From Pavona decussata (lineage: Eukaryota), in assembly GCA_977016875.1 (NCBI GenBank), contig CDRNST010000239.1:2170001-2234000 (forward strand): a DNA stretch of 64,000 nucleotides, in the 5' to 3' direction. Numbering within the stretch: position 1 is the first letter of the stretch; every line of letters begins with the position of its first letter. The position numbers and the translations under genes are program-made. Below the pieces are notes generated by a model. The model was not told where the DNA came from. It saw nothing but the letters and a program-made list of their open reading frames with translations, and searched no databases. Of the stretch, positions 46,088 through 59,112 are shown piece by piece.

Positions 46088-49000
46088 TTTTCGCGTTTTA
46101 ACAGCAGTGTAAATTCAGTGAATGGATGAATGGTATCAATTTAAAGTCGGATCGCATTTGACACTATCATGTTTGGCAGCAGTGACACAGCCTTGTCCAA
46201 CCTATGTTTAAACACTCTGACTTTGTTTTTTTACGATTTTGTATGTTTTAGATCATTTTCATCGTAGTATTGTAGAATTGAAATTTCCCAATAAAGTTAT
46301 AAGTAATATACAATCCTAAGAGGTCAAGATCCAAATAGAAAAGCAAATTTCTATGACCCTTGGATGATTAGCCGTCAGAAAAGTGCAATTTCAAGTCTAA
46401 CAAATTTACGGTGGACAATGAAACCAATAGAACATATTCAAGTTCATTCTCTTGCTTGATGTTGTCGTAATTTTACCGTGTCGTTTTTGCTATTGAAGAA
46501 TTGCAATAATGCATTTCAATTGAGGAGAGAATAGTTCTGAGACAATTCGTATCATATCAATAATGAAAAACTCCGAAAAACGCATTGAAACGCATGCCAT
46601 ATACAAAAAAAAACTTACGGTTATTGCAAACCTGATTTATACTTGTATGACAAACTGTGTATATCATTTTTATTTTAGGTCAAAAAACCCATCCGTTCAA
46701 TTTCCGTTTAATTCGCCGATTTTTCAAATGGCCAATGGTTTTGCGGGGTTTCACCTTTTTCAAAACCTTCAGTGGAACCCAAAGACAGGATGTAAGAAAA
46801 ACACTTACTTTTATTATTTGTATTAGCTAATACAGTTTGACCCATTCGAATGCTTTAGCCGAAAATTTAAGGTACAGAAAGTCTCAGAGGACGAAATCTC
46901 ATTTCCTGAATTCGCGAACTGTCAGTGGCCAAGACCGGCACCTATTATTTGGCTTAATTGGACAATATAGATTGAATTTTTACCTGTATTATTTTATAAT
47001 TATACGTATTTACACTGTTAATTTTAAAAACATTTGGTCATAATAAAATGTTCTTATTGTAACTGACTCTCAGCCTGGGTAATGTTCTTAATATGTTCTA
47101 AAATTTTAGTTATCCTCAGCCTCAACGTTCTTATAAAAAAGGGTTCTTCTAAAACTGAAAAGAGTGTTAATCCGTGTGAACCGCTCGTGAGTTTTCACAC
47201 GCGCTGTGGCGCTGAGCGGCCAAAGATCAAACCCTAAAAATGCTGCTTGCTGGAAACAAATTTTATGAACTGTAATTTTCCATAGAAATACTTTTTTTCA
47301 AATCACTGACGGAAATTTCTAGCTTAAATACAGGATCTATGTCTTTGCCATTTACATTCAACGACATCTACTAAACGAAATCATTCAAAGTATGAGACTT
47401 GGTTATAGTAAAATATTGAGTGGATAGGCCGATCTGTCCGTTATTTTATTTTCCAACTGTAGAGTCATGTTAGACCCACAACCATCTTAAACCCTTACTT
47501 GTAAACTAAACAATTTCTTGTCGGCCTTCCTCGTCTCTACTTTGAATTCAATCCCGGTGAGCGTCATGTTCACAATTATACCTGTGAGTTATGACAGTTT
47601 ATACCCGCGCTAAATGTTTCAAGTGCGCGTGAGCTGCTTATAAAGGTTTGCGCAAGGTCGAAAGTCGCACGATTGTACTCACAAAAAGGATTCCAGGTTG
47701 TTTAATTTTTCAGGCTTGGAGTGAGTCGACATTTGATTTAATTCTGTCAAGTTCATCCGGTTTATTTCGTGTTTGTCATTTTCCCTCGGGATGGACGGTT
47801 CTATCTCGGGAAACAAGCTAACCTGGGTTTGAAATGAAGTTTGAGGGTTTGAGGTTAAATGAATTGAGCTTAACGCCTTGTTATTCCTATTTGATTTGAA
47901 AACCAGTGCACGTGGGTGATTCGAGCCATGGTGTTGTTTTTTACACTAGACAATTACAGTACGTTTTCATCCAATACTAAATTTATTTAATGCTAGTGAG
48001 ACCATACAAGCTTTTCCGTGTTTTCTACCTTTGATCAATTGTACTTTAGCTTAAAACATTGTTTGCTTGAATTTCTGAGTTTACTCAGCCGTTTAAATTC
48101 TGTGAATGGACGTTACTTGTCTGTTGAAAGACATACTCACAGTTTGGCACGTTTTCAGCCAGCCAGTAGTGACTTGCAATTGGTGTAATCAACCTGTATT
48201 TGAACATTCCCGGCTTTATTTGCTCACCAATGGGCCCCTTTTTTTTCACTGACCCATGTCAGTCGAAGTGTTATTTTGTACAATTTCAAATCAGTAAAAA
48301 CCATGTGCCGAAAGTGATCTCTAGATCCTGCAACAAGAGAAAAAGGGGGGCGGGGGTTCCGAATTGTAGCTAATTGTTAGAGGTCAGTCAGGTTCGAATT
48401 TGTCTGACAAGCAGAATTGCTTTCACATTGCTCCCGCGCGTATTCAAATTCTCAGCTACCTTACTTGTCCTTAAAATTCGTTTAACAAGTTGGCATTGTT
48501 AGAAAAAGTGTGTTAAAAATGCATAATATATATTGTTTTCTGCAACAACTATTTTTTTAAAGTTAGGCTGTAGAACTTCCCTTACGATATGAGATGAAAG
48601 CTTCATATATATCGCCATATGCCTTCTCCTGTTACGAATTCAGCATGTGAAGTAAAAGTCCTGTTTTGAGCTGTTTCCTCGGAAACGTACCACATATTGA
48701 AACATGACCTTATTGGCTTTCAGAAACAACAATGGATTGCTTACGTTCGGTCAAAGCGAATTACAATTTGAACTTCAGTTAACTTCTTGCAAGGAATAGG
48801 CTGGAATTAAATAACTCGTTCATCCGTTTTTCTTATAGCTTCCGCCGCGTTTGAAACCGAAATTGTACCAAACGACTTTTACCTTTAATCGTGTTTTCCT
48901 TCTATCCAACACAACATGTTTAATTAAAACCAGATTTAACCAAATGAAAATTGTTAACAGAAAGTTGAACTATTGGCTTTGACATGCGATTACCGACACT

Positions 49001-49979
49001 GAGGTGAATAATTGTTTTAGTTTATACCACACAAGCTGGATAACTAGTGGACCAAAAAAATATTTTACTTCTGACAATATACCGACAAATGGTATGAAAT
49101 TTTAAAATCTTGCGCGACGCGCAGTATGCGATTTCTTGTTATAAAAAGTTCCGTCTCGCTTTCTTGCAGACAAATAAATCTTTTGGATGCAGTTGTTTAG
49201 TTCCTACGGTGTCATTTCTTCAATTTTTCTGTGAAATTCGTCTTGTTGTTGAAACCATGGTGAAAAATATTAGATGTTTCATTGTTTTCATTGTAATTTT
49301 AGTGCTCGGCAGTTTTCATAAACAAGGGATTGTATTTTCATTTTTCGCCTTAGAATACGAGGTTGAAAAGTTTAAATAAGTCACCATTTAATGCCGTCAA
49401 ACTAAACTTTGTTGCCATTTATGTATTTTTTAACAGCCGCCTCGTTAATCGAAATAATTTCCTCTTAAGTAACCGTGGCGAAACGGGAAGCCATTTTGTT
49501 TCTCTTCGGTTGCTCGAAGGTGAATAGTACCTGGCTGATCATCTCCGAGCTAGCCAATCAGCACGCGCAAAAATACTATTCACTTGTGTGTTATAAATAC
49601 TAAGTCCATCTATTCTTGTTGGATAGATACCATTCTCGTACAGACTTTTAGCTTAGATTTTCATCCGCTTTCGTCACGTTAACAGTTCAAGTTTGAATAA
49701 AGAGAAGTGCTCTTTGTGAAGTGAAGTGTTAGATTGACAGCGTGTTGGCAAAGCTGTTCTTCAGACTTACTGTTAAGTCTAAAGAGTAACACTTATGTCC
49801 AGGGCCCGGTTGTCGGAACGCCGATTAACCCTAATCTATGATTAAAAGTAACTGAGGTTTTAAGCTCGCTAGTTAAAAATGTTTTTTAAAAGCTAATTTT
49901 GAAGTTATGGTGTAGAAAAGTCAATGTTAAGACTTCGGTTAAAATCGTTTGGAAAAATTGTTATCAGATTGTTAATTAA

Positions 49980-50061
49980 GGACGGTGCCTACTAATACCG
50001 AAGTATTTTTGTGCGGCTTATGACTATGCGGGAAAAGCAGATCTCAGCAAGGCCTATTGGA

Positions 50062-50097
<36 letters not shown>

Positions 50098-50336
50098 CAG
50101 AGATAATTAAGCAATAATATCTCTAAAAAACGCCAAAATATAAAGCAATGTATGGGATTTTTTCCTAAATTGAAGCTTAATTATCTCTGAAAAACGCATG
50201 GTTACCCCCAATTTTCTTTTGAGATACCAAAAGCATTTGGTAAGTTCTGCTTTCTCCGTATAAATTTAAACCGCGCAAAAATATTCTTGTATTAGTAGGC
50301 ACCACCCATAGGAAACCCGAGTATCTCGCGATGCGT

Positions 50337-50372
<36 letters not shown>
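49980..50372. mobile_element. Kolobok-like MITE (TTAA TSD, GG...CC ends), nested in a GGGCCC-ended MITE (~49802-50439)
   Basis: TTAA|GGACGGTGCCTACTA ... TAGTAGGCACCGTCC|TTAA, perfect 15-bp TIR. Confidence 0.85.
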
Positions 50373-50376
<4 letters not shown>

Positions 50377-51815
50377 ACTTGAATAAAAGTTCAAGCTCGT
50401 CCAGGATTAGCATGATCAGGCTTTGAACAACTGGGGCCCTGGGCCCAGTTGTTCAAAGCCTGATTAAGCTAATCCCAGATTGACGTGAACTTTGATGCGA
50501 GTTTAATTAATAATCAATAAAGATTCTCCCAAAAGATTTTGGTCCCTCAGTTTTGCCTTAGGCTTTCCTTAACCTTTGGCTTGAAATTAGCCTTTTAAAC
50601 CATTTTAAACGAGCGAGATAAAAAATAAAAACGATTAACGTTAAACGTTAAACGTTAACCTCTCATTTTCGTTTCTCTCAACTTCGTTGCTTCATTTGGA
50701 TGTTCCTGTTTTCTTTTTTTTTTTCTTACTCTTCTTCATTTAATATATATCATTATACTGTATTTCAATACAATTGCAATCACGGCAAACTATTTGGAGA
50801 CATTTGCCTTCAGGTGAACTTTTATGGTCAGCAAAATTCTCAGCTGAATGTTATTTTTCGCGCCCTTCAGTCGTTAAGGAAATTTTCTTTTTCCATTGTA
50901 GTTCACATTTCGATATCGCAGACTCCGAAAAGTGGTGTTAGCGTTTAGTACTAGTTACACTAGAAAGTTTTATGTTATTCAAAGCAAAGATTAAGGATTT
51001 AGTAGGAGAAAGTAGTTGGCACAAGCCTTCAAGAGCTCCATTTCAAAACAAAGCCCAAAGTGCAAGTCAGGGGGTGGTCAGTTTCGAAATTAACCTCTCA
51101 GGGGAAACTATTTTTGGCGCGAACAAAAACACCACCGTACGGCTAGTTACCTTTGGGTGTTGCAGTGTGATGAGAAGGTGACTTGTGGACGCGCAAACCC
51201 CGACTCTAACCCGAATCGAACGCTAACTCAAAGAACTGACCCAAAGGCCAAAGCAACGACACTAGTTCTACAACCTGAAAAATAACCCTGGGTTGGAGCT
51301 GTCTCTTGAAGGTGTCAAATGTCCAGGTGATGTGATTTGAATTGTTCCCTGTTCGCACGGCTTGCGATTCTGTGGTTCTTATCCCTGTTAGAAACGTTAA
51401 AATAATTGAGATTTTTTGATGAAAAAAGAAAATGTGCTTTTGAGACGGTTATTACCTAGGGTTAAAGCCCGTGTGCGGTGCAGGCTAGGCATTTGCCAGT
51501 TTGTATTTCAAACTGGTGGGCAGTTATCGGCGTTTGAAACTAACCCAAAATGATGATTTTACTGGGCTTTAAATTTTACCCTTACTCGTTGCCCCAGGAA
51601 TCATGCGCAGGTTATATTGCCCTTGTTTCCTTCCCTTTCTGGTAGCTTCAAATTTGCATCTCACTGAGGAGCGGACTGAGAAATTCGAGATCGAGGGCAT
51701 TTGTGCATTTGAATTGTAGATTAAGGCTAAATTATTCGTCTTTTTCTCTCACCTATTACCACGAGGAACGTTACAGCAGGACGAACAACGGTGAAGCCTA
51801 AATACGTTCTTATAG

Positions 51816-53403
51816 TTATTTCCCGGACAAAATATTCACCCATGTTATGCCATGGAATGATCCGTCTATAACCTCATGGCAGATCATTATGGAATTACAG
51901 AAGGCTGCCGTTTGGTACACACCATGGCGAAGATTGAACTTGGACCGAAGTTTGCCGCAAACACGGCGTGGCTAAACATTCGAAGACTTTGGACATTTGC
52001 TACACCGAAGGTATTTAACTAACATTATTGTTCGCTGTTATATCTTGTTTTCTTCGAGACGCTCTTAATTTGCAATGAAGATCGAACAGAAGTGAAATAC
52101 TGGTCAAGCTTCAGAATTTCATCCAAGGACGTGAAAGCTGTAATCACCCTATACAGCAGCAATTAGAGAAATTAATGACATTTACCCCAACTGTCACCAC
52201 AATTTGATCACAAATTTTACAAATTAAATGAAAACAGTAATTGTTTAGTTCGGATACAAATTACGTCTGCATTCAAAATTAAGATGAAGAACTTTGATTC
52301 GCCACAATAATTAAAGTGGGCCAAGATAAGTGAAGAACAAATTTTGTGTTTCCAAACTAAAGCCATCAATTTATTCACATCATAGTGTAACTACATGTAT
52401 AGCTTAAACTAAATTTAATTACAGCTTTACAAAAGCTTAAATTTTAAAATGGCATTACTCTTTTCAATATATTTTTTTTTTTGGTATCCACAGGCAGAAT
52501 GCTGTATTTTTAGCAAAAAGACAAGCAGACGAATTTCTTCGATTTTATAGGTGAGTATCATTTATTTTCTGTTCATTCGATCGATCAGAAGAGTACATGA
52601 ATTTAAACGTTATAAAATCACCCAGGGAAATCGTTTTTGCCAAAAATTAAAAACGCGACAGTATCTCATCAACAATGCTGGGTAGCTTGCGCTTAAATGG
52701 TCACACTGTCTTTAAAAATTTCATCCACAGACCCAAAAGTTAGAACCACCTTTTACAGCATCAGCTTTCATCTGAGTGTTCAGACTTTAAGGGTTTCAAA
52801 AAGTAGGGACCGCCTTGTGCAGCAATACAATAAACAGTACCAAAGGAAAGTACTGCCCGGAACCTTTCATTTGAGTGTTCATACTTGCCTATTAAAGCTA
52901 TAACTGAACGGTTTAAACAGGATAGGATACGATATTAGAACCAACGCTGATTTCGAGCAGGATAACAGAACTATCACAGCACGTCTTAACACTATAACTT
53001 CCTTTCCAGATGAATGATGATGTGAAGAATGAGAGCAACACAAGTTAGAAAGACAACTTCTTGATGATCTTTTTGGAGGCAGCTATAAAGGTGAGTTAAT
53101 TGAGAAGCATGTAATTTTCTTTAAAACGGCCGTTTTTACACCACGGACGCAAAGTTTGTCTGGAATAAACTTAGCCAAGTGTTCAGTAGTGTCTCTGGTA
53201 TGTCTCGTAGTTTGTTTGAAATGAAAACTGAAAATCAACCGCTGACGAATCCAGCTGAAAATGTTTTATAATATAATTCCTAATGGCATATTTCTTTTTT
53301 TCACTGGTTTTAGTTGGACTGTCAGAGAAGTCTCGAAAGTGTCGTGTATGGAGTGGATTGGACTGCAGATTGCAAACGGAGGACTGCTTACGTTGGGATC
53401 AAG
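51816..53403 (+). pseudogene. Decayed four-exon fragment of an unidentified gene
   Basis: AG/GT-bounded segments 51816-52010, 52494-52550, 53010-53090, 53314-53403 (195/57/81/90 nt, all multiples of 3). Strong GTGAGT donors on two of them. No reading phase is open across all four. Confidence 0.45.
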
Positions 53404-54519
53404 GTTAACTACTCTAGCTTAATAAACTTAACATTAATTTAGGGAAGAATTACATTAAATTTATCGCCGGTGTTAAGCGAAATCATAAACGATTAATGTT
53501 ATACTGGAATTATGGCCAGGGTAACCCTATGCAGACCGTGCTTTTTTGTCTTCTGGGGACGGATGGGGAGCGGATGTTTCCTTAGAGGTCCACAAAGTGA
53601 AGTGATGACGTCAAATGTCGTTGTAAGGACATCATGATTATCGAATGGCGGTCATCTTGGATCCGCCATGTTGGATTTCTGGATTTCCCTAAAACTTTAG
53701 GAAAGCTCCGAAATTGAACGAAACGTAATCAGAACCAATAAAGGAACACTAATATGGGCTAAAAAAAAAAAAAAAAACATTTACAGAGAGAAAAGTAAAT
53801 TTTCTTTATTCTAAAAACGGATTTTCCATTTTCTGAAAACACGATCTGTCAAAAACTGGTTGCCATGGAAACGTCAAAGTCAATGAACAGTAACCGATGA
53901 CATCAAATTGTTCCCAGATAAATTTCCGAATTTCCGTTTGCTCAAATATTAAAAAAGATCAGAGTTGTTCAGGTGCAAAGTCACCAAGGGCAGAATCTCC
54001 CTCCGCCCCAACGGAGAGATAAGGTGAAAAGTTGGGCGAAAATGGTCATTTCCGGCGATAAATTCTTGTAACTCACTACGAGCCAAAGTGCAATTGTTCA
54101 AAAGTCGACTTATGCCAATCCAGGATCGCCCGCCAACAATTCAACTTAATTACGCTGGCTGGCACTGGTTCGCCTTCACTTCGTTGTACTTATACTTTGA
54201 CAGATTAATAGAAACATATGCTGTTTTTGGTATCATTATTGTTCTATCGAGTCAAACCAGAAACTGAAGTAAAGTGACGCATATTAGCTGCTGATATCCT
54301 GGATTAGTGTAAGAACGCTTTGAACAACTGATCCTAGGTATTTATAGTTCCGTTTATAAGAAGGTCTGATTGGGGATGCTTAGTTTAGGGTAAGCGCAAA
54401 ACATTCGGCGTATCCACATAGTGACTTAGCTTTCTACTGGTCTGAGAGAGTGGACTAGGTTTTTCTCAACTGGTAGTGTATCAAGAACAAGCAAGCTTTT
54501 GAGAATTAGCATGAAACAA

Positions 54520-56395
54520 ATACAACCAGTGGAAGGTACAGCTCATAACCTTTCACATAACGGACTTCAGTCACATTTACGGATTTCAGTTCACAGACTG
54601 AAACGTTCGGATCCAGCTTGAACGGAATTATGGGTCACACTGAAAGAGAACAATGCTCAAGCAGTAGCTTTCATTTGAGTGGTCACACTCTAGGATTTCA
54701 TCCACAGACACAAAACAGAACCACGGGAATGTACTGCTTGGTTGCTTTCACCTGAATGGTCACACTTGAGGATTTCGTTGACAGACTCAAAAGTTACAAC
54801 CACCTTGTACTGCATAATAAACAGCACCACAGGAAAGTGCTGCTCAGTAGCTTTAATTTGAATGGTCACACTTTAGAATTTCATCCACAAACTCAACAGC
54901 TAGGACCACCTTGTGCAACATAATAAACAGCACCACAGGAAAGTGCTGCTCCGTAGCTTTCATCCTTTTTAGTCACACTTTAGGATTTTATCCACAGAAA
55001 CGCAGATCCACCTTGCACAGCACAATAAACAGTATCACAGGAAAGTACTACTCAGCTTTCATTTAAATCAGTGGTCACATTTTAGGATTTCTTCCACAGA
55101 CTCAACAACTGTACGAGAACCACCTTGTACAACATCATAAACAGCACCACAGGAAAGTACGTACTGCTCATTAGCTTTCATTTTAATGATCACACTCGAG
55201 AATTTCACTCACAGACTCAACAGCTAGAACCACCTTGGGCAACACGATAATCAGCACCACAGGAAAGTACTGCTCAGTAGCTTTTATTTGAATGGTCACA
55301 CTTAAGGATTTCATCCACAGACTCGACAGCTAGAACCACCTTGTGCAACATCATAAACAGCACCACAGGAAAGTACTGCTCAGTAGCTTTTAAATAAATG
55401 GTTACACTTTGGGATTTTATCCAGAGACTCAAAAGGTAGGACTACCTTGTACAGCATAACAAACAGCACAACAGAAAACTTTTATCCAATTGTTTGCGCT
55501 TTGGTATTTAATCCACAGACATAAAAGCTAGAACCACCTTGTACAACATAATCATTTGACATCACCACAGGAAAGTAGCGCCCAATATCTTTTATTTGAA
55601 TGGTCACACTTTAGGATTTCATCCTAACATAGAACCACCTATTACAGCATAATAGGCAGTACCACAAGAAAAGTACAGCTCAATGGCTTTCACCTGAATG
55701 GTCACACTTAATGATTCCATCCACAGGCATCTCGAAAGTTAGGGTCGCCTTGTATCGGAAATTATTGCTCGATAGCTTTCATTTGAATTGGCACACTGGA
55801 ATTTCATACACGTTTATACTATCTTGTACAGAAATATAAACAGTACCTGTTTTGGATTGTATGCGCAGACTCAAGACCTACCGGACCTGCCTTGTACAGC
55901 ATAATTTAAACAGCAACACACTGGAAAGTGCACTCAGCTTTCATATGAGTGGTTACACGTTAGGATTTTATCCACAGACTCGAAAATTGGAACCACCTTG
56001 TATTGCACAATCAACAATACAACAGGAAAGGACTGCTGAACATCTTATGGATGGCCACACTTTGAAATTTAAAGCACAGAAACACGTCGTGCAGGATAAG
56101 TACCGGAAAATGAAAATACTACTCAGACGCTTCCATTAGAATAGTCACAATTTTAGATTTAATCCACAGACTAAAAAGTACGAACCATCTTATACTACAA
56201 GATAAACAGCAAGACAGGAAAGTGTTGTTCAGTAGTTATCATTTGAATGGTCACACGTGAGAATTTCATCCACAGACTCAGAAGCTGGAACCATCTTGTA
56301 CAGCGCGTTGAGGAGTATGAAATAGAACCACCGTTTACAGCATAATAAATAGCACCACAGAGAATACTCAGTAGATTCAATCCACAAAGGGGTCA
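54520..56395. repeat. Diverged ~106-bp satellite, ~17 units; outlying units at ~52697-52885
   Basis: Consensus ACAGCATAATAAACAGCACCACAGGAAAGTACTGCTCAGTAGCTTTCATTTGAATGGTCACACTTTAGGATTTCATCCACAGACTCAAAAGTTAGAACCACCTTGT. Confidence 0.92.
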
Positions 56396-56639
56396 CACCC
56401 TTCTTACAAGAGTTAGGAGTTCCTGATTCTAGAGAAAGGGTTGACGCGTTCTGTCAAAAATTCCTCGTTCCTCAGTTCGTCTTAATCATCTTGTGTTTAC
56501 GGACTAAAGTTTTTTTTATGCAATCAGACCTTCTTATAAGATTTTATATATTAAATTATGTTTATATATGGTCGCTCTAATGCCTTTCACTTCCCCAATG
56601 ATCTAATTTTTCACAAATTGGGCGAAAATGCGATTATAT

Positions 56640-57830
56640 TATGAGAGTAAAACGACAAGAAAACTATGTATTTAGCAGTCGGAATACAAGAAACATGGCA
56701 GAGAAAAAAACAACAACACAAAACTGGAGCTAAAAATGGCAGAAAACAACAGAAGGATTATGGAAAAAAATTAGTTAGAAACAAAACAAAAATAGCACGA
56801 CAAAAAAATTGACGAGAAAAAGTGAAAATAATAAGATGAAAGATCGTACAAAAATAAAGACACAACAAAACTGACAGGAAGACAGAGAAATACAATGGAA
56901 AAACATGGATGCAAAACTACAACAAGGGAAACAGGAACAAAATTATGATAGAGAAAACGTTTGTGGGGAATCATTAGTTATGGCACAAAAAAAAATTAAA
57001 AACGAATGGGACACTTAGCTAGGGTGAAAAAAGGAACAGAACAAAACAGAAAATTAAGAGAAAAACGAAACACAAATAAAGCCAAACAAACAAAAGCAAC
57101 CTAAAGTAGCCAAAATTGAAAAAGGAAGAAATGTCTAACGAGAAAACGAGAAAAACAATGATAAAAAAACTGAGAAACAAAATCATCTTTATTATAAATG
57201 TTAGAGAAAAACAAACACGACAAAAAATAAAAAAAAGGAAAACATTTCAGGAAAACAAAGGAACGTTTTTAGGAGATAAAAAACAAATTATGACAGGAAA
57301 ACCAAAGCAAAACTATAGAAAAGCGTAGGCAAACCTCTTTACGTATAAAAAAGGAAGGAAAACCGGTGAAGAAAAAAGACAAAAGCGTGGAAAGAAACTA
57401 AAGCAAAATCTGGCAAACAGCATAGAGAAAGAAAGAAAAAGTTAGGAAAACCTGATTCAGAAAAGGACAGCAAATTAAACTATCGGAAGAAAAGCAATTT
57501 TATAAATTCAAACACTTTTTAAAAGCAAAGGGACAATTACAAAGGAAAGATGAAGAACTAATTTAGCAAAAAAAGATCAAACCTGCACAGAATAAAGGAC
57601 AAAACTGTTGAAATGAACCGAAAAAATATCGGTATAAATAACTGCTTACAGAACATAGTAAATTAGCTCAGTCATAACTACAGGGAAACTAACAAAATAA
57701 GTATATTCACGCGAGGACAAACTGTAGAAAAACAAAAGCAAAACTTTGACTGAGAAACAGGAATAAAACAAACGAACGTAAACATGCTGACACAAACGAC
57801 AGATAATAATACAGGATAACTAAAGTGGCA
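56640..57830. repeat. A-rich low-complexity tract
   Basis: ~1.2 kb with very high A on the + strand and no regular period. Confidence 0.8.
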
Positions 57831-58023
57831 CTTAAGATAAGACAAAGGCGTATTAAGTAATTTGTTAGAACAGAAACGACTTTCCGGCATCTTCCTCGAT
57901 TAATGCAGAACAGTATACAGTCTTTCAAGGCGTTTTTATACAACAAGTTGTGATGCCTAACGGACATCGCGTTTGGACGAAATGTTTGTCATTGGGGGTG
58001 AAAGGCATTAGGGTTTGTAAGTA

Positions 58024-59112
58024 CAGGGCCCGGTTAGTTGAACCACAGTTTACCAGCCTCTGTTTGTGTGATGAACCGTGCTTTTAAATGGCTGCATCGG
58101 TTATAAAATTAGCGTCTCACTTTTTTTAAAAAAATATTATTAATAATAGACTTTCCTAAGTTATTAACCGACTCTACCATTTAAATGCACAGTTGACCAC
58201 ACAAAGACGATGGTAATCCTGTGCTTGAAAGACGGTTAACGCTGGTCCAGGTTAGACCTTTTACTCTGTACAATCCGCCATTATTTTGAAACTGAAGTGA
58301 AAACTGCGTGAAGTTCAAAACAATAATAAATAGGCAAAATCCGTCGACAAAAATCCTTTGTAAAAGTGACTATAAAAATAAGCGAAAAAGCGGAACGACG
58401 TTTCGGTGTCATCTTGGCACCATTATCAAGTAAAGAATCCAACAGAGAAGATGACAAGATGACACCGAAACGTCGTTCCGTTTTTTCGCTTATTTTTATA
58501 GTCACTTTTACAAAGGATTTTTGTCGACGGATTTTGCCTATTTATTATTGTTTTTAATTTCACGCAGTTTTCACTTCAGTTTCAAAATAATGACGGATTG
58601 TACAGAGTAAAAGGTCAACCTGGACCAGCGTTAACCGTCTTTCAAGCTTTCAATCTTATTAGAATTTTTTAGTTGACAATTAAAAGTTTTAAAATCCAGG
58701 CAGAAAATTCTGCTTCTAAATTCTGAGTGATTGAGATAAGCTAAGAAGGTGTTAACGCGGTTTATATTTTCATGCATTTGTCGGTAGTGGCAAACATTTA
58801 CAAAGAAAAGTACAAAGGTTATTATTCACCGTTTGAGGTCTGCTAAATTCTCAGCAGAGTAATGTTCTACCTGGTATCTGAAGTTTTAAAGAAATAATCT
58901 TCCATCAAATTTTGATTTTTTTTATGGAAAAATTTCATTTTGTGTCAAAAATATCGGATTGTACAGCAAGGAGGTCGAATGAAATACGAACAAATTAGTA
59001 AGGTTTACATTTATTTGTAAGCAAAGTCCAAAACTGTTAGACAAAATTTGAATTTAATGCTGGCGTTTAACCTGGACAAGCTTCATTTTAGTTTAAGTAA
59101 AACCGGGCCCTG
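58024..59112. mobile_element. CAGGGCCCGGTT-ended non-autonomous DNA transposon hosting a long hairpin
   Basis: CAGGGCCCGGTT at 58024; AACCGGGCCCTG ending 59112. Confidence 0.6.
58223..58647. repeat. Near-perfect palindrome (197/196-bp arms, 32-nt loop), Penelope-like pLTR derived
   Basis: Arms 58223-58419 and 58452-58647 with only a few mismatches; both contain GATGACACCGAAACGTCG. Confidence 0.9.

Noticed and set aside
53010-53035. Selenoprotein reading (three in-frame TGA in phase 1)
   Set aside because: The same phase has a TAG in the preceding exon and no SECIS was identified.
55852-56380. ORFs within the 106-bp satellite
   Set aside because: Chance open frames in tandem repeat units.
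58281-58557. Mirror-image ORFs MTIKISEK... on both strands
   Set aside because: A consequence of the palindrome, not genes.
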